A stretch of DNA of 64,000 nucleotides. It comes from Alphaproteobacteria bacterium. Its GTDB lineage: Bacteria; Pseudomonadota; Alphaproteobacteria; UBA8366. A program made the translations under genes and the position numbers. Positions 19,051 through 27,553 of the stretch are shown here, piece by piece. Below the pieces are notes generated by a model. That model was not told the origin of the DNA, ran no database searches, and saw only the letters and a program-made list of their open reading frames with translations. The stretch covers positions 25,223-89,222 of the forward strand of contig JANQKC010000031.1 in the NCBI GenBank assembly GCA_028281325.1, read 5' to 3'. Positions within the stretch are counted from its first letter, which is position 1, and every line of letters begins with the position of its first letter.

Positions 19051-20583
19051 ATGGCGATGGCCCCGGTCGAGGATAGGATGACGAAACTGGTCAAAAACAT
19101 GAGTACCCCAGCCAAATGGTTTTCGATCGCGGCAATCGTGATGATCGCCGGCGCCACGGGCTATGCCGTGCGGCACCATGGCGCGGCCGCTTTCTCGGAG
19201 CGCGTTCCGCTCGATAAGCAGGTTGTCGTCAGCCCTGGCGACAACGTTGCGAAAATCGTCAAAGAGCATCCGAGCGGCACGATGTTCGTATTCGAACCGG
19301 GGCTATACCGCGGCAACGTCATCGTACCGAAGGACAACCAGCAGTTTTTTGGCACGGGCGAAGTCATTCTCAGCGGGGCCGCCATCCTGGATAAATGGCA
19401 GCGCGAGGGCGATCGTTGGGTGGCGACGGGCATTCCCAAGCCGCTGCGCCCGCATGGCGACTGCCGGGAAGGGTATGAGTTATGCAAATACAGGGAAGAC
19501 CTGTTTTTTAACGATCGGTTGTTTCACCGGGTCGCATCCCTGGACAAGCTGGTCGCCGGCACCTGGCATTACGTGGACAACAAGGCCTACATCGTGGATG
19601 ACCCGCGGGCCGCGAAGGTCGAGATGAGCCTGTTGCCGGTCGCTTTCACCGGCGGCGCGAAAGACGTGCGGCTGGAAAACCTGATCGTCGAGAAATACGC
19701 GACCCAAGCCCAGTCGGGCGCGATCGACGGCCGGGGCAGCGAACGTTGGGTCGTGTCGAACGTCAGTGCGCGCTGGAACCATGGCCAGGGCTTGTTCATC
19801 GGCAAGGAAATGCGCGTATCCGGCGGCTCGTACAACAATAATGGCCAGATGGGCATGTCAGGCAGCGGCGACAACGCCGTCATCGAAGGGGTCGAGATCG
19901 CCTACAACAACTACGCCAATTTCGCCTATGGATGGGAAGCCGGCGGCTTCAAGTTCGACCGCTCTCGGGGGATTGTGGTGCGCAATTCGTGCATTCACAA
20001 CAACAACGGCGTGGGGATGTGGAACGACATCGACAACATCGACACGGTCTTTGAGGGCAACCGGGTGTTCGGAAACGCCCGGGTCGGTATCGCCAACGAA
20101 ATTTCCTACGCGATGGTGATCCGAAACAACATCGTTGCCAGGAACGCCACGGATCGGGACGGTTGGCTGTGGGGCTCGCAAATCCTGGTGTTGAACAGCC
20201 AGGACACCGAAGTGTACGGCAACGTCGTCGAGGTCGCGGCCGGTTACGGCAACGGGATTACCATCATCCACCAGGATCGCGGCGATGGGGAGTATGGCGA
20301 ATACCTGACCCAGAACAACTATATCCACAACAACCGCATCATCCATCTCGGGGATCGCGGCCGGAACGGCATGGTCGCCGACTTCCAGCAAGAATGGTTC
20401 AAGACGCAATCCAACAACCGGTTTGACCGGAACACCTATGTCGTTCCGAAACCGAACCGGTCCAGATTCGCCGGCAAGGATGGATTTCGGAGTTGGGAGG
20501 CCTTTCTGGAAAACGGCATGGAGCCGAATGGCCAGCGTATCATCAAGCAATCGGAGCCGATGAAGCTGTCCTGCCGCAGCTGA
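19051..20583 (+). CDS. membrane-anchored right-handed parallel beta-helix repeat protein (pectate-lyase fold; polysaccharide lyase/epimerase/hydrolase-like)
   Basis: 510 aa with an N-terminal anchor KWFSIAAIVMIAGATGYAV. Repeated beta-helix coils are visible: NNNGQMGMSGSGDNAVIEG, IHNNNGVGMWNDIDNIDTVFEGNRVFGNARVGIANEISYAMVIRNNIVARN, EVYGNVVEVAAGYGNGITI. Confidence 0.75.
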   Translation: MAMAPVEDRMTKLVKNMSTPAKWFSIAAIVMIAGATGYAVRHHGAAAFSERVPLDKQVVVSPGDNVAKIVKEHPSGTMFVFEPGLYRGNVIVPKDNQQFFGTGEVILSGAAILDKWQREGDRWVATGIPKPLRPHGDCREGYELCKYREDLFFNDRLFHRVASLDKLVAGTWHYVDNKAYIVDDPRAAKVEMSLLPVAFTGGAKDVRLENLIVEKYATQAQSGAIDGRGSERWVVSNVSARWNHGQGLFIGKEMRVSGGSYNNNGQMGMSGSGDNAVIEGVEIAYNNYANFAYGWEAGGFKFDRSRGIVVRNSCIHNNNGVGMWNDIDNIDTVFEGNRVFGNARVGIANEISYAMVIRNNIVARNATDRDGWLWGSQILVLNSQDTEVYGNVVEVAAGYGNGITIIHQDRGDGEYGEYLTQNNYIHNNRIIHLGDRGRNGMVADFQQEWFKTQSNNRFDRNTYVVPKPNRSRFAGKDGFRSWEAFLENGMEPNGQRIIKQSEPMKLSCRS

Positions 20584-20950
20584 TTGGGACTGGTCGAACC
20601 CCCGCCGGCCGAGAGCGGGCGGGGCTGTGGATTTCAAATGCTCCGGCGCGGCGTCGCAAATCGACATAAGGTCGCGTCGTTTTTTCACGCGGAATACGCC
20701 TCTGGCGGGCTGCCGAAAACGTCATTTGTATCCTTCGGGACGGGCCTATCGGCCCGCCTCAAGATGAGGAAAACAAGCATGACTCTCATGGCGAGGAGGC
20801 GCGACAGCGCCGTCTCGAACCATGGAGCCCTTAAAAACCATGGTTTTTCAACAACCTGCTAGAGGGATGCTCCACGCAACGATGTCGATTGCCGGTTTCC
20901 TGCCGCGGTACTCCGGACCGGTGCCGCGCGGCAGGCCGGGCCGCTGTCCC

Positions 20951-21751
20951 CTAGGATGGCGTCGTCGAGGAGGACGGCTTCGCCTTGTACTGCAGCCCGC
21001 GCTTGAAATAGCGCAGCCATATCGCGCAAAGCAGCGACGCCTGGAAAGCGAAGATCAGCATGCAGGCGACCGGCGAGATCAGGAAAACCAGCATCGTAAC
21101 CACGACGATCTGATGATCGATCACGCCTTTGAGGATCTCGCTCGCCAAACTGGGATCGCTCTTGCTGTCCTCATAGGTTTCCGGCAGCAGATGCAGGAAA
21201 AACTGCCAGACGGTGAACCGCGCCAGATAGAAGAAGATGAATGCCAGACCGCCGAATAGCCAGACTTGCGCCAGGGACGTTTCTCCCGCCGCCATATAGT
21301 ACCGATAGATGAAAATGAAAAACGCGCTGTATTGCAGTTGAATGCCGACCAGGTCCATCGCGCGGTCCAGAAAGGCGCCGTAGGGCGATGTGGTTTTCGT
21401 GGCGCGCGCCAACTGTCCGTCCGCGCAGTCTAGGATGTATGAGATCTGAGACAGGACGAAAATCGTCAGTATCGGCGCGACGGCGCTTTCCGTTCCCATC
21501 AGCGCGGCGGCGAGAAGGGCCAGTAGACTGAATGCGCCAGAGGCGGCCGAAATCTGGTTGGCCGTCATGTTCAGCCGATAGCCCGCATAGGCAATGAATA
21601 TCGAAACATTGTGCGTCGTCAGTCGATCCAACAGCAATTGACCGTCCGCGCTACGGCCGCGCCAGAACTCGGCCAGGGGAATTCTGTCGGCTTTCGGGCC
21701 GGCGGCGACCGCGACCTTTGGATCGTTAATTGCTTGTTTCATATCGGTCAT
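20951..21751 (-). CDS. CDP-alcohol phosphatidyltransferase family protein
   Basis: 266 aa and polytopic. It has an exact family signature D-x2-D-G-x2-A-R-x8-G-x3-D-x3-D in ILDCADGQLARATKTTSPYGAFLDRAMDLVG. Confidence 0.85.
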   Translation of the reverse strand: MTDMKQAINDPKVAVAAGPKADRIPLAEFWRGRSADGQLLLDRLTTHNVSIFIAYAGYRLNMTANQISAASGAFSLLALLAAALMGTESAVAPILTIFVLSQISYILDCADGQLARATKTTSPYGAFLDRAMDLVGIQLQYSAFFIFIYRYYMAAGETSLAQVWLFGGLAFIFFYLARFTVWQFFLHLLPETYEDSKSDPSLASEILKGVIDHQIVVVTMLVFLISPVACMLIFAFQASLLCAIWLRYFKRGLQYKAKPSSSTTPS

Positions 21752-22224
21752 TTTTCTCGCCGACCGGCGTAAATATTTGAATTATATCGGTAAAAGTCGT
21801 CTGCCTTCGCGCGCGCGTTGTTTCTCTCTTTGTGGACCGCCGGCTTGTTGGCGACTGCGCGTGGAATCCGATTCACGCCGATGTCGATCGTCAGGGTGGG
21901 GCGCTGATCGGCAGTAGCATGCTGCGCGACCCGAAACGGGGGCCGTCCGGTCTGATTGATCGAGCGCGCAACGGCGCGGCGGTCGGCAGGCAAGTGAATG
22001 CGCAGGGTCACGTCGCAGGCTTTGTTACACAAATTTTACGATCCGAGTATGACTTGCCCTCTCCAAAAATAAATAACCCTTTCGAGTGTTCGGCTAACTA
22101 CCTTGGCGAAGATGCCGGTCTCCGTTGTTTCCCTGTCCTTGATCTGGATTCTCGGTCAAGATGACCCAGAACATGTATATAATTCATTAAGTTATATGTT
22201 TTTCTGCAGCGCGGTATACTTGAT

Positions 22225-23175
22225 GTGACGAAGCCTTTCAAACCCGGTGTTAGGCCGTCGAGACGGCTTCGCCTCGTCTCGCTTGGCGACGCTTTTAGGG
22301 TGCTCCGATTGGCGGTGCTTGCCGCAGCCTCATGGATTGTTCCTCGCAGGTTCTGGTCCGGATTGTCCGGCGTGTTGGCCGAGGTCGATGTTCGTCTGCG
22401 CGCCAAGGAGATGACCGGTCGAGCCGATGAAATCGCACGGGTCGCCGGATCGACTATTGAGTTGGATACGGACAGGGTTGTGCGCGCGAGCATGGCGGCC
22501 CATTGCGAGAGCCAACTGCAGCATTTCCGGTGCTACCGGCCCGGTGGGTGGCTGCCGAAAACCCGCGTTTCCGGCCGTGATCAAATCGATCAGGCGTTGG
22601 CCGAAGGGCGGGGCGTGATCCTTTGGGTCAGCAATTTCACGTTCAGCGATTTGGTGTCGAAGATCGCGCTCGCCGAAGCGAGCGTCGACGTGACGCATCT
22701 CAGCCGTCCGACGCATGGTTTTTCGATCACGCGTTTCGGCGTGCGCTTTCTCAATCCGCTGCAATCGAAGATCGAGGATCGTTTTCTCAAGGAGCGCGTG
22801 CTGATTTTGGATCATGCAGCGGTCCGGGCGCTGGTGACGTTGCGCGACCGCTTGCAGAAAAACGGCGTCGTGTCGATCACCGTCGGCGACATGGCGCATC
22901 GGGTGGTGCAAGCGCCCTTTTTGGGGGGAAGGATCAACTTGTCGACCGGACCCGCGGAATTGGCCCGTATGACGGGGGCGGCCCTTTTTCCGGTGTTTAC
23001 GGTGCGGGATGGTGACGATGCGTATTGCACGCATATCGGCCGCCCGCTCGGCGCGGACGGCGTCGACGGGCCGGCGTATTTCCAGGCCGTGGCGGCCGGC
23101 TACGCGGACCAACTTTTGCCTTTCGTGCGCAACCATCCGGAATGTTGGAAGAGTTGGGGAATCGTCAGCGTCTAG
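22225..23175 (+). CDS. LpxL/HtrB-like (lipid A biosynthesis acyltransferase family) protein, atypical active-site motif
   Basis: 316 aa. By-eye alignment to the Lip_A_acyltrans template gives GRGVILWVSNFTFSDLV versus G-K-G-V-I-L-x-x-x-H-x-G-N-W-E-L. It also gives LQKNGVVSITVGDMAHRVVQAPFLGGRINLSTGPAELARMTGAALFPVF versus the conserved substrate-binding block. His appears to be replaced by Asn. Confidence 0.55.
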   Translation: MTKPFKPGVRPSRRLRLVSLGDAFRVLRLAVLAAASWIVPRRFWSGLSGVLAEVDVRLRAKEMTGRADEIARVAGSTIELDTDRVVRASMAAHCESQLQHFRCYRPGGWLPKTRVSGRDQIDQALAEGRGVILWVSNFTFSDLVSKIALAEASVDVTHLSRPTHGFSITRFGVRFLNPLQSKIEDRFLKERVLILDHAAVRALVTLRDRLQKNGVVSITVGDMAHRVVQAPFLGGRINLSTGPAELARMTGAALFPVFTVRDGDDAYCTHIGRPLGADGVDGPAYFQAVAAGYADQLLPFVRNHPECWKSWGIVSV

Positions 23176-23227
23176 CCGACGCTATCCCGCGGCACGCCTG
23201 TCCGCGCGCGTCGCATTGAATCGCGTA

Positions 23228-24766
23228 TCAGCGTCGGCGGCGCAGCATGCCGCGGACGGCGCCGATGGCGTTCAGGCAAAGCCGCCGCCGCAGGATAATC
23301 GCAGCCAGGCCGAAGCAGGCCGTGTAGATCGTTCCATTCATGACGGCGCTGAAAAAGGCATGGTCGGGCGCGGGCAGCGAGGCGGCGGCTCCCCATGCGG
23401 CGGCCAGACCGATGATCCCGATGAGGTAAGGCCAGTAGACCGCTGCTAGAATTCGATGGAGGGGTACGGAAACGTAGCGACCGCCGATCACCAAGTAGAC
23501 GATGGCGCTTAGGATGGAGTAGGCGCCGATCGCATAGGTGATCTCCATAAGGCCGCCGACCGTTGCGCCGATCGCCGCCGTCGCCATGATGCCGATGGCG
23601 TCCCAACAAGACAGGGCGGTTGTCACCCGCCAAAGACCGCGCGATTCGAGCATGGCCCGGACGACGATGGTCACCGCCGGGCGGGTCGCGGTGATGGCCA
23701 TGACTTCGGCCACCGGCACGGCGTCGTCCCATTTGCCGCTCCAGACGAAACCGATCGTCGGTTCCGCGACCGCGGCGATCGCGAAGCCCAGGAAGAACAT
23801 AACGAAGGTGCTCATCTCCATCGATTGGATGAAGGCGCGGTCGCGTTGTTCCGGCAGTTTCTGCAGGGTCGCGAGGGATGGCGTAAACACCGCGTACAGG
23901 CTTTGGGAAACGATCGTGAAGACGCCTAGCGTCAGCTGAAACCCAAAGAAATACAGACCGATGGTCGTTTTGTCCTCAAGCGCGCCGATCACCATATAGG
24001 CGCCATTGCCGACCAGCGACATGGCGACCAACCCTGGAATGATCCAGGCGCATTGGTGCATTGTAGGCCAGAAAATGCGGAGCTTGGGCAGTGTCGGCCG
24101 CCAGTCGATCCGCGTCCGTCGAAGCAGGAACATCCATTCGAAAACGCCGACAAGAACGAAAGGCCATGCCAGACTGTAGGGACCGAAGCCGAATACGGCG
24201 AGTAAGATGATGGAGATGTTTCGGATCAGCGCCGAGTATCCGTTCAGGACGGATAGCTCGCCGAAGCGTAAGCCGACCGCCAACTCCGCACGCAACAGTC
24301 GCGGGATCGTCTCGGCCGGCACGCTGACGCCGATGATGATCAGCAGCCAGATGACGTCATCGCTTTCGTAGACGCGGCCAATCGCCGGTGCGATGGCCAG
24401 GACGATGGCGAGAAGCCCGATATTGATGATGAAGGACAATCCGCAAAGCGGCCCATAGAGATGGCGAAATGCCTTTCCCCGATAGATCAGAATCTTGTGC
24501 AGGCCGCCGTTGGTTACGAAACCGAATATTTCACCCCATGCGACGGCGATCGCGAACAGGGCGAAATCTTCGGCCGACAGCATCAATCCGGTGACGTAAA
24601 GCGTGCCGATCCCGAGCAGCTTGGCGGCGAGATTGGTTGAGAACAGCATCGTCGCGCCGCGGGTCGCGGTTTCGCTGTAGCTGCGCTGCGATGGCTCGGT
24701 CTGTGTCATCGGGTCCGGTCGTCCCAGCCGAAATGGCGCGGTAACCCCACGATCGCGCGACCGCAT
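23228..24766 (-). CDS. MOP-superfamily polysaccharide flippase (Wzx-like / Polysacc_synt), copy 2
   Basis: 512 aa with about 12-14 hydrophobic segments. The N-terminus (TNLAAKLLGIGTLYVTGLMLSAEDFALFAIAVAW) is typical of the lipopolysaccharide/polysaccharide biosynthesis protein family. Confidence 0.75.
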   Translation of the reverse strand: MRSRDRGVTAPFRLGRPDPMTQTEPSQRSYSETATRGATMLFSTNLAAKLLGIGTLYVTGLMLSAEDFALFAIAVAWGEIFGFVTNGGLHKILIYRGKAFRHLYGPLCGLSFIINIGLLAIVLAIAPAIGRVYESDDVIWLLIIIGVSVPAETIPRLLRAELAVGLRFGELSVLNGYSALIRNISIILLAVFGFGPYSLAWPFVLVGVFEWMFLLRRTRIDWRPTLPKLRIFWPTMHQCAWIIPGLVAMSLVGNGAYMVIGALEDKTTIGLYFFGFQLTLGVFTIVSQSLYAVFTPSLATLQKLPEQRDRAFIQSMEMSTFVMFFLGFAIAAVAEPTIGFVWSGKWDDAVPVAEVMAITATRPAVTIVVRAMLESRGLWRVTTALSCWDAIGIMATAAIGATVGGLMEITYAIGAYSILSAIVYLVIGGRYVSVPLHRILAAVYWPYLIGIIGLAAAWGAAASLPAPDHAFFSAVMNGTIYTACFGLAAIILRRRLCLNAIGAVRGMLRRRR

Positions 24767-24954
24767 CCCGTGGCCGTCTCCGATCTATGGCGCCCAGTCG
24801 TCGCAAACCTAGGGCACATCGGCATCCTGCGCATCATATATCCCGCCGTCCGATTCGGGGTTGAGCGGCGATCGGCGTTTAATGGGGATCGCTTGCGCGA
24901 ATTTTGTTTGGGACGAACCATGTATCCGGTAGAAGTATGCAGCTTGTGCTGCTG

Positions 24955-25065
24955 TGATTTTTTTCAATAATTGAATTTATAAGAAATAAAAATCAATATT
25001 TACTTAGTTAGTATTGATTAATCAAAAATACATAAGCAAAAATTAATTGATGTGTTGAATGGATG
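24955..25065. promoter_or_regulatory. AT-rich island with nested palindromes in a divergent promoter region
   Basis: About 110 bp, nearly all A/T. It contains an 8-bp inverted repeat AATCAATA (24991-24998) / TATTGATT (25012-25019) and the perfect 12-bp palindrome TTGATTAATCAA (25014-25025). It sits between flippase copy 2 (minus strand) and the carrier-protein cassette (plus strand). Confidence 0.5.
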
Positions 25066-25310
25066 CCAAAATTTACAAGTAAAGCGGGTTTGCGCCACGA
25101 AAATTTGGGATTAGGTCCGATTAAACCCATCGACGCCGCCATAAAGTTTGATAGGTTTTTTCCATTGATCGCCGTGTCCAACGGTTCATCGGGTTTGAAT
25201 CCGGTTGGATGGAATGGGTTTTACGACCGTGGGTGCTGGCTGATCATTTTGTAAGAGTTACCCTGTCGGGCGTCTTGGCGCCCGGCGGCGTTCAGCCGGA
25301 ATGAATTGAA

Positions 25311-26357
25311 ATGCCCCTTGCCTATACCTCACTCGACCACGGCAACATGCACACGATGGAGAGCATGTTCCTCTCCTATCTCAGGCGGGACTGGCCGCGT
25401 GCATTCATTGACGAATATTTCGGCTGGCAGTTCTTGGACGGGGACGATTGCGAAACCGTGATGGCCTTGGACGAGGACCGTTGCGTGGCCATGATCCATT
25501 CATCGATCCGGCCATACGCGATCGACGGGACGCCGACCCGCGTGCGGGAAACCGATTTTTGGATCAGCGAGCCGGAGTATCGGCCATTCGCGAGCTTTCG
25601 CGTCTTGCAGACGTTGATGGCCAAGCCGGAGCCTATCTGCGCCGTTACGGCGAATGACTATGTGACATCGATTTTCCATCGTCTGAAATGGCAACAACTG
25701 CCCGATATCCAACAGATGGTATTGCCGGTCCGCGCGAGCCTTCTTGTAAAGGCGCTCGCCAACCGGCTCGAGAAAAGCGTGGGGGAGTTGCCGCGGCTTG
25801 CCGCGTTGCCGTTCCGTGTTCCCATACGGCGGCCCAAGCGCATTCCCGCACCATCGTCGTCCGCTTCCGTCCGCGAGATAATGGCGGCCGACGAGATACC
25901 GCATATCGTCCCGCCGGCGGATGAATATGCCGTCGTGCAGTTGGCGACGCCGCAGGACTACGATTGGTTCGCGGCGGCGCCTGCGCCGTTCGGGGATTTC
26001 GTTTGGCTTGCGTTTTCGATCGGCGGCAAGCCCGTCGCCTACACGATCAGCAGGATTTACCCGGAAGGGCCGTGTTTCGGCGCGAAGATCCTTCACGTCC
26101 AATCGGCGGCGAAGGGGCCGGAGATTTATGGCTGGGTCTTAAGCGAGACTTCCGCGCATCTCGCGAAACGCGGGGCAGATTGGATCGACGCGCGGTTTTC
26201 TTGTCCGCTTCTGGTCGAGGCGCTGGACCGGGTCGGCTACATGACCGGCCGGACCGATATCGCCTTCTGGTGGCCGGGAGCGGAAAAAATGCCTAAAGGT
26301 CAGTACCTTATATCCGTCCTCTTCCGGGGCGAAGGACTTGCGCCATACCCCGTCTGA
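25311..26357 (+). CDS. hypothetical protein, possibly a tandem GNAT-fold (FemAB-like) acyl/aminoacyl transferase
   Basis: 348-aa ORF with good coding appearance, the first gene of a co-directional cassette. Its two halves each resemble an acyl-CoA N-acyltransferase fold (e.g. VWLAFSIGGKPVAYTISRIY...AKILHVQSAAKGPEIYGWVLSETSAHLAKRGADWIDARF). The functional call is weak and made by eye only. Confidence 0.45.
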   Translation: MPLAYTSLDHGNMHTMESMFLSYLRRDWPRAFIDEYFGWQFLDGDDCETVMALDEDRCVAMIHSSIRPYAIDGTPTRVRETDFWISEPEYRPFASFRVLQTLMAKPEPICAVTANDYVTSIFHRLKWQQLPDIQQMVLPVRASLLVKALANRLEKSVGELPRLAALPFRVPIRRPKRIPAPSSSASVREIMAADEIPHIVPPADEYAVVQLATPQDYDWFAAAPAPFGDFVWLAFSIGGKPVAYTISRIYPEGPCFGAKILHVQSAAKGPEIYGWVLSETSAHLAKRGADWIDARFSCPLLVEALDRVGYMTGRTDIAFWWPGAEKMPKGQYLISVLFRGEGLAPYPV

Positions 26358-26513
26358 ATGCGCCGGCGACCGGCCGTTGCAGCTTTCGACGTAAACGGTA
26401 TCTGAGTACCATTCAAAATTGTGGTACTACCAAAAGAGGATTTCATAAGCATGGATATCGTGGGCACAATTCCACTGCAAAGTCATGTATTTAGATAAAA
26501 TGATATCTTTGAT

Positions 26514-27548
26514 ATGAGCGCTCTATCTTCAGACCGTCAACATTTCAAGATTTACTCCACGTCACCGCAGTCAAAAGACTTTCCGCGAGAAGACTATGTG
26601 GATCAAACGATAAGGGTGGCGCAATGGAGCGAGGAGTTCGGCTGCGAAGGGATTTTGGTCTACACGGATAACGGCCTCGTCGATCCTTGGCATGTGTCCC
26701 AGCTCATCTTGGAGAATACGAAAACGCTGAGCCCTTTGGTCGCGGTGCAACCGATCTACATGCATCCGTATACCGCCGCGAAGAAGATCGCGACGCTGGC
26801 CTATATGTACGGCCGGCGGATTTGCCTCAACATGCTCGCCGGCGGGTTCAAGAACGATCTTATTGCGCTTGGCGACGATACGCCGCACGACGACCGTTAC
26901 GTTCGAACGACCGAGTACACGCTGATCCTGCGGCGGCTATTGGAGGGCAAGGGGCCCGTCACCTTCAAGGGGAAATACTACACCGTCGAGAATCTGAAGT
27001 TGACGCCGACGCTGCCCGAAGAGTTGTTCCCGGGTATCCTTATCTCCGGATCGTCGGATGCGGGCATGCAGGCCGCGCGGGATATCGAGGCGACGGCGAT
27101 CAAATATCCGAAGGCGCCGTCGGACGAGTCCGCCGACGCCATCGAAGAACCCATGGAGTGCGGTATTCGTGTCGGTATCGTCGCGCGCGACAGCGATGAC
27201 GAGGCGTGGCGTATCGCGCTCGATCGCTTCCCGGAAGACCGCAAGGGGCAGATCACGCATAAACTGGCGATGAACGTCAGCGACTCGAGCTGGCACAAAC
27301 AGCTTTCGGAGATCGAAGGCGAGACGTCGCCAAGCGAGGGGCGCAGCCCGTACTGGCTCGGACCGTTTCAAAACTACCGGACCTTCTGCCCCTATCTCGT
27401 GGGCAGTTACGAGCGGTTGGGCGGTGAACTCGGCAAGTATCATCAACGGGGCTACCGAACCGTCATTTTGGATATCCCGCCGAACCAGGAAGAGTTGGAG
27501 CATACCGACCGCGCCTTTGCGGAAGCGTCCAAGCGGGTAGGGGCCTAG
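26514..27548 (+). CDS. LLM-class (luciferase-like) flavin-dependent oxidoreductase
   Basis: 344 aa with a TIM-barrel LLM pattern: WSEEFGCEGILVYTDNGLVDPWHVSQL, LVAVQPIYMHPYTAAKKIATLAYMYGRRICLNMLAGG, RYVRTTEYTLILRRL. Confidence 0.85.
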   Translation: MSALSSDRQHFKIYSTSPQSKDFPREDYVDQTIRVAQWSEEFGCEGILVYTDNGLVDPWHVSQLILENTKTLSPLVAVQPIYMHPYTAAKKIATLAYMYGRRICLNMLAGGFKNDLIALGDDTPHDDRYVRTTEYTLILRRLLEGKGPVTFKGKYYTVENLKLTPTLPEELFPGILISGSSDAGMQAARDIEATAIKYPKAPSDESADAIEEPMECGIRVGIVARDSDDEAWRIALDRFPEDRKGQITHKLAMNVSDSSWHKQLSEIEGETSPSEGRSPYWLGPFQNYRTFCPYLVGSYERLGGELGKYHQRGYRTVILDIPPNQEELEHTDRAFAEASKRVGA

Positions 27549-27553
27549 CCGCC

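Noticed and set aside
20584-20950. Small ORFs (92 aa and 145 aa on the plus strand; 60 aa on the minus strand) and a GC-rich hairpin (CCCCGCC...GGCGGGG at about 20603-20628) in the convergent gap after the beta-helix gene.
   Set aside because: The ORFs lack start context and motifs. The hairpin lacks a U-tract, so a terminator call would be weak.
25063-25254. 63-aa ORF immediately after the AT island (MPKFTSKAGLRHENLGLGPIKPID...).
   Set aside because: It has no Shine-Dalgarno sequence I could see and no motif. It lies in the probable 5' leader/promoter region of the cassette and is kept only as an unlikely small-protein candidate.
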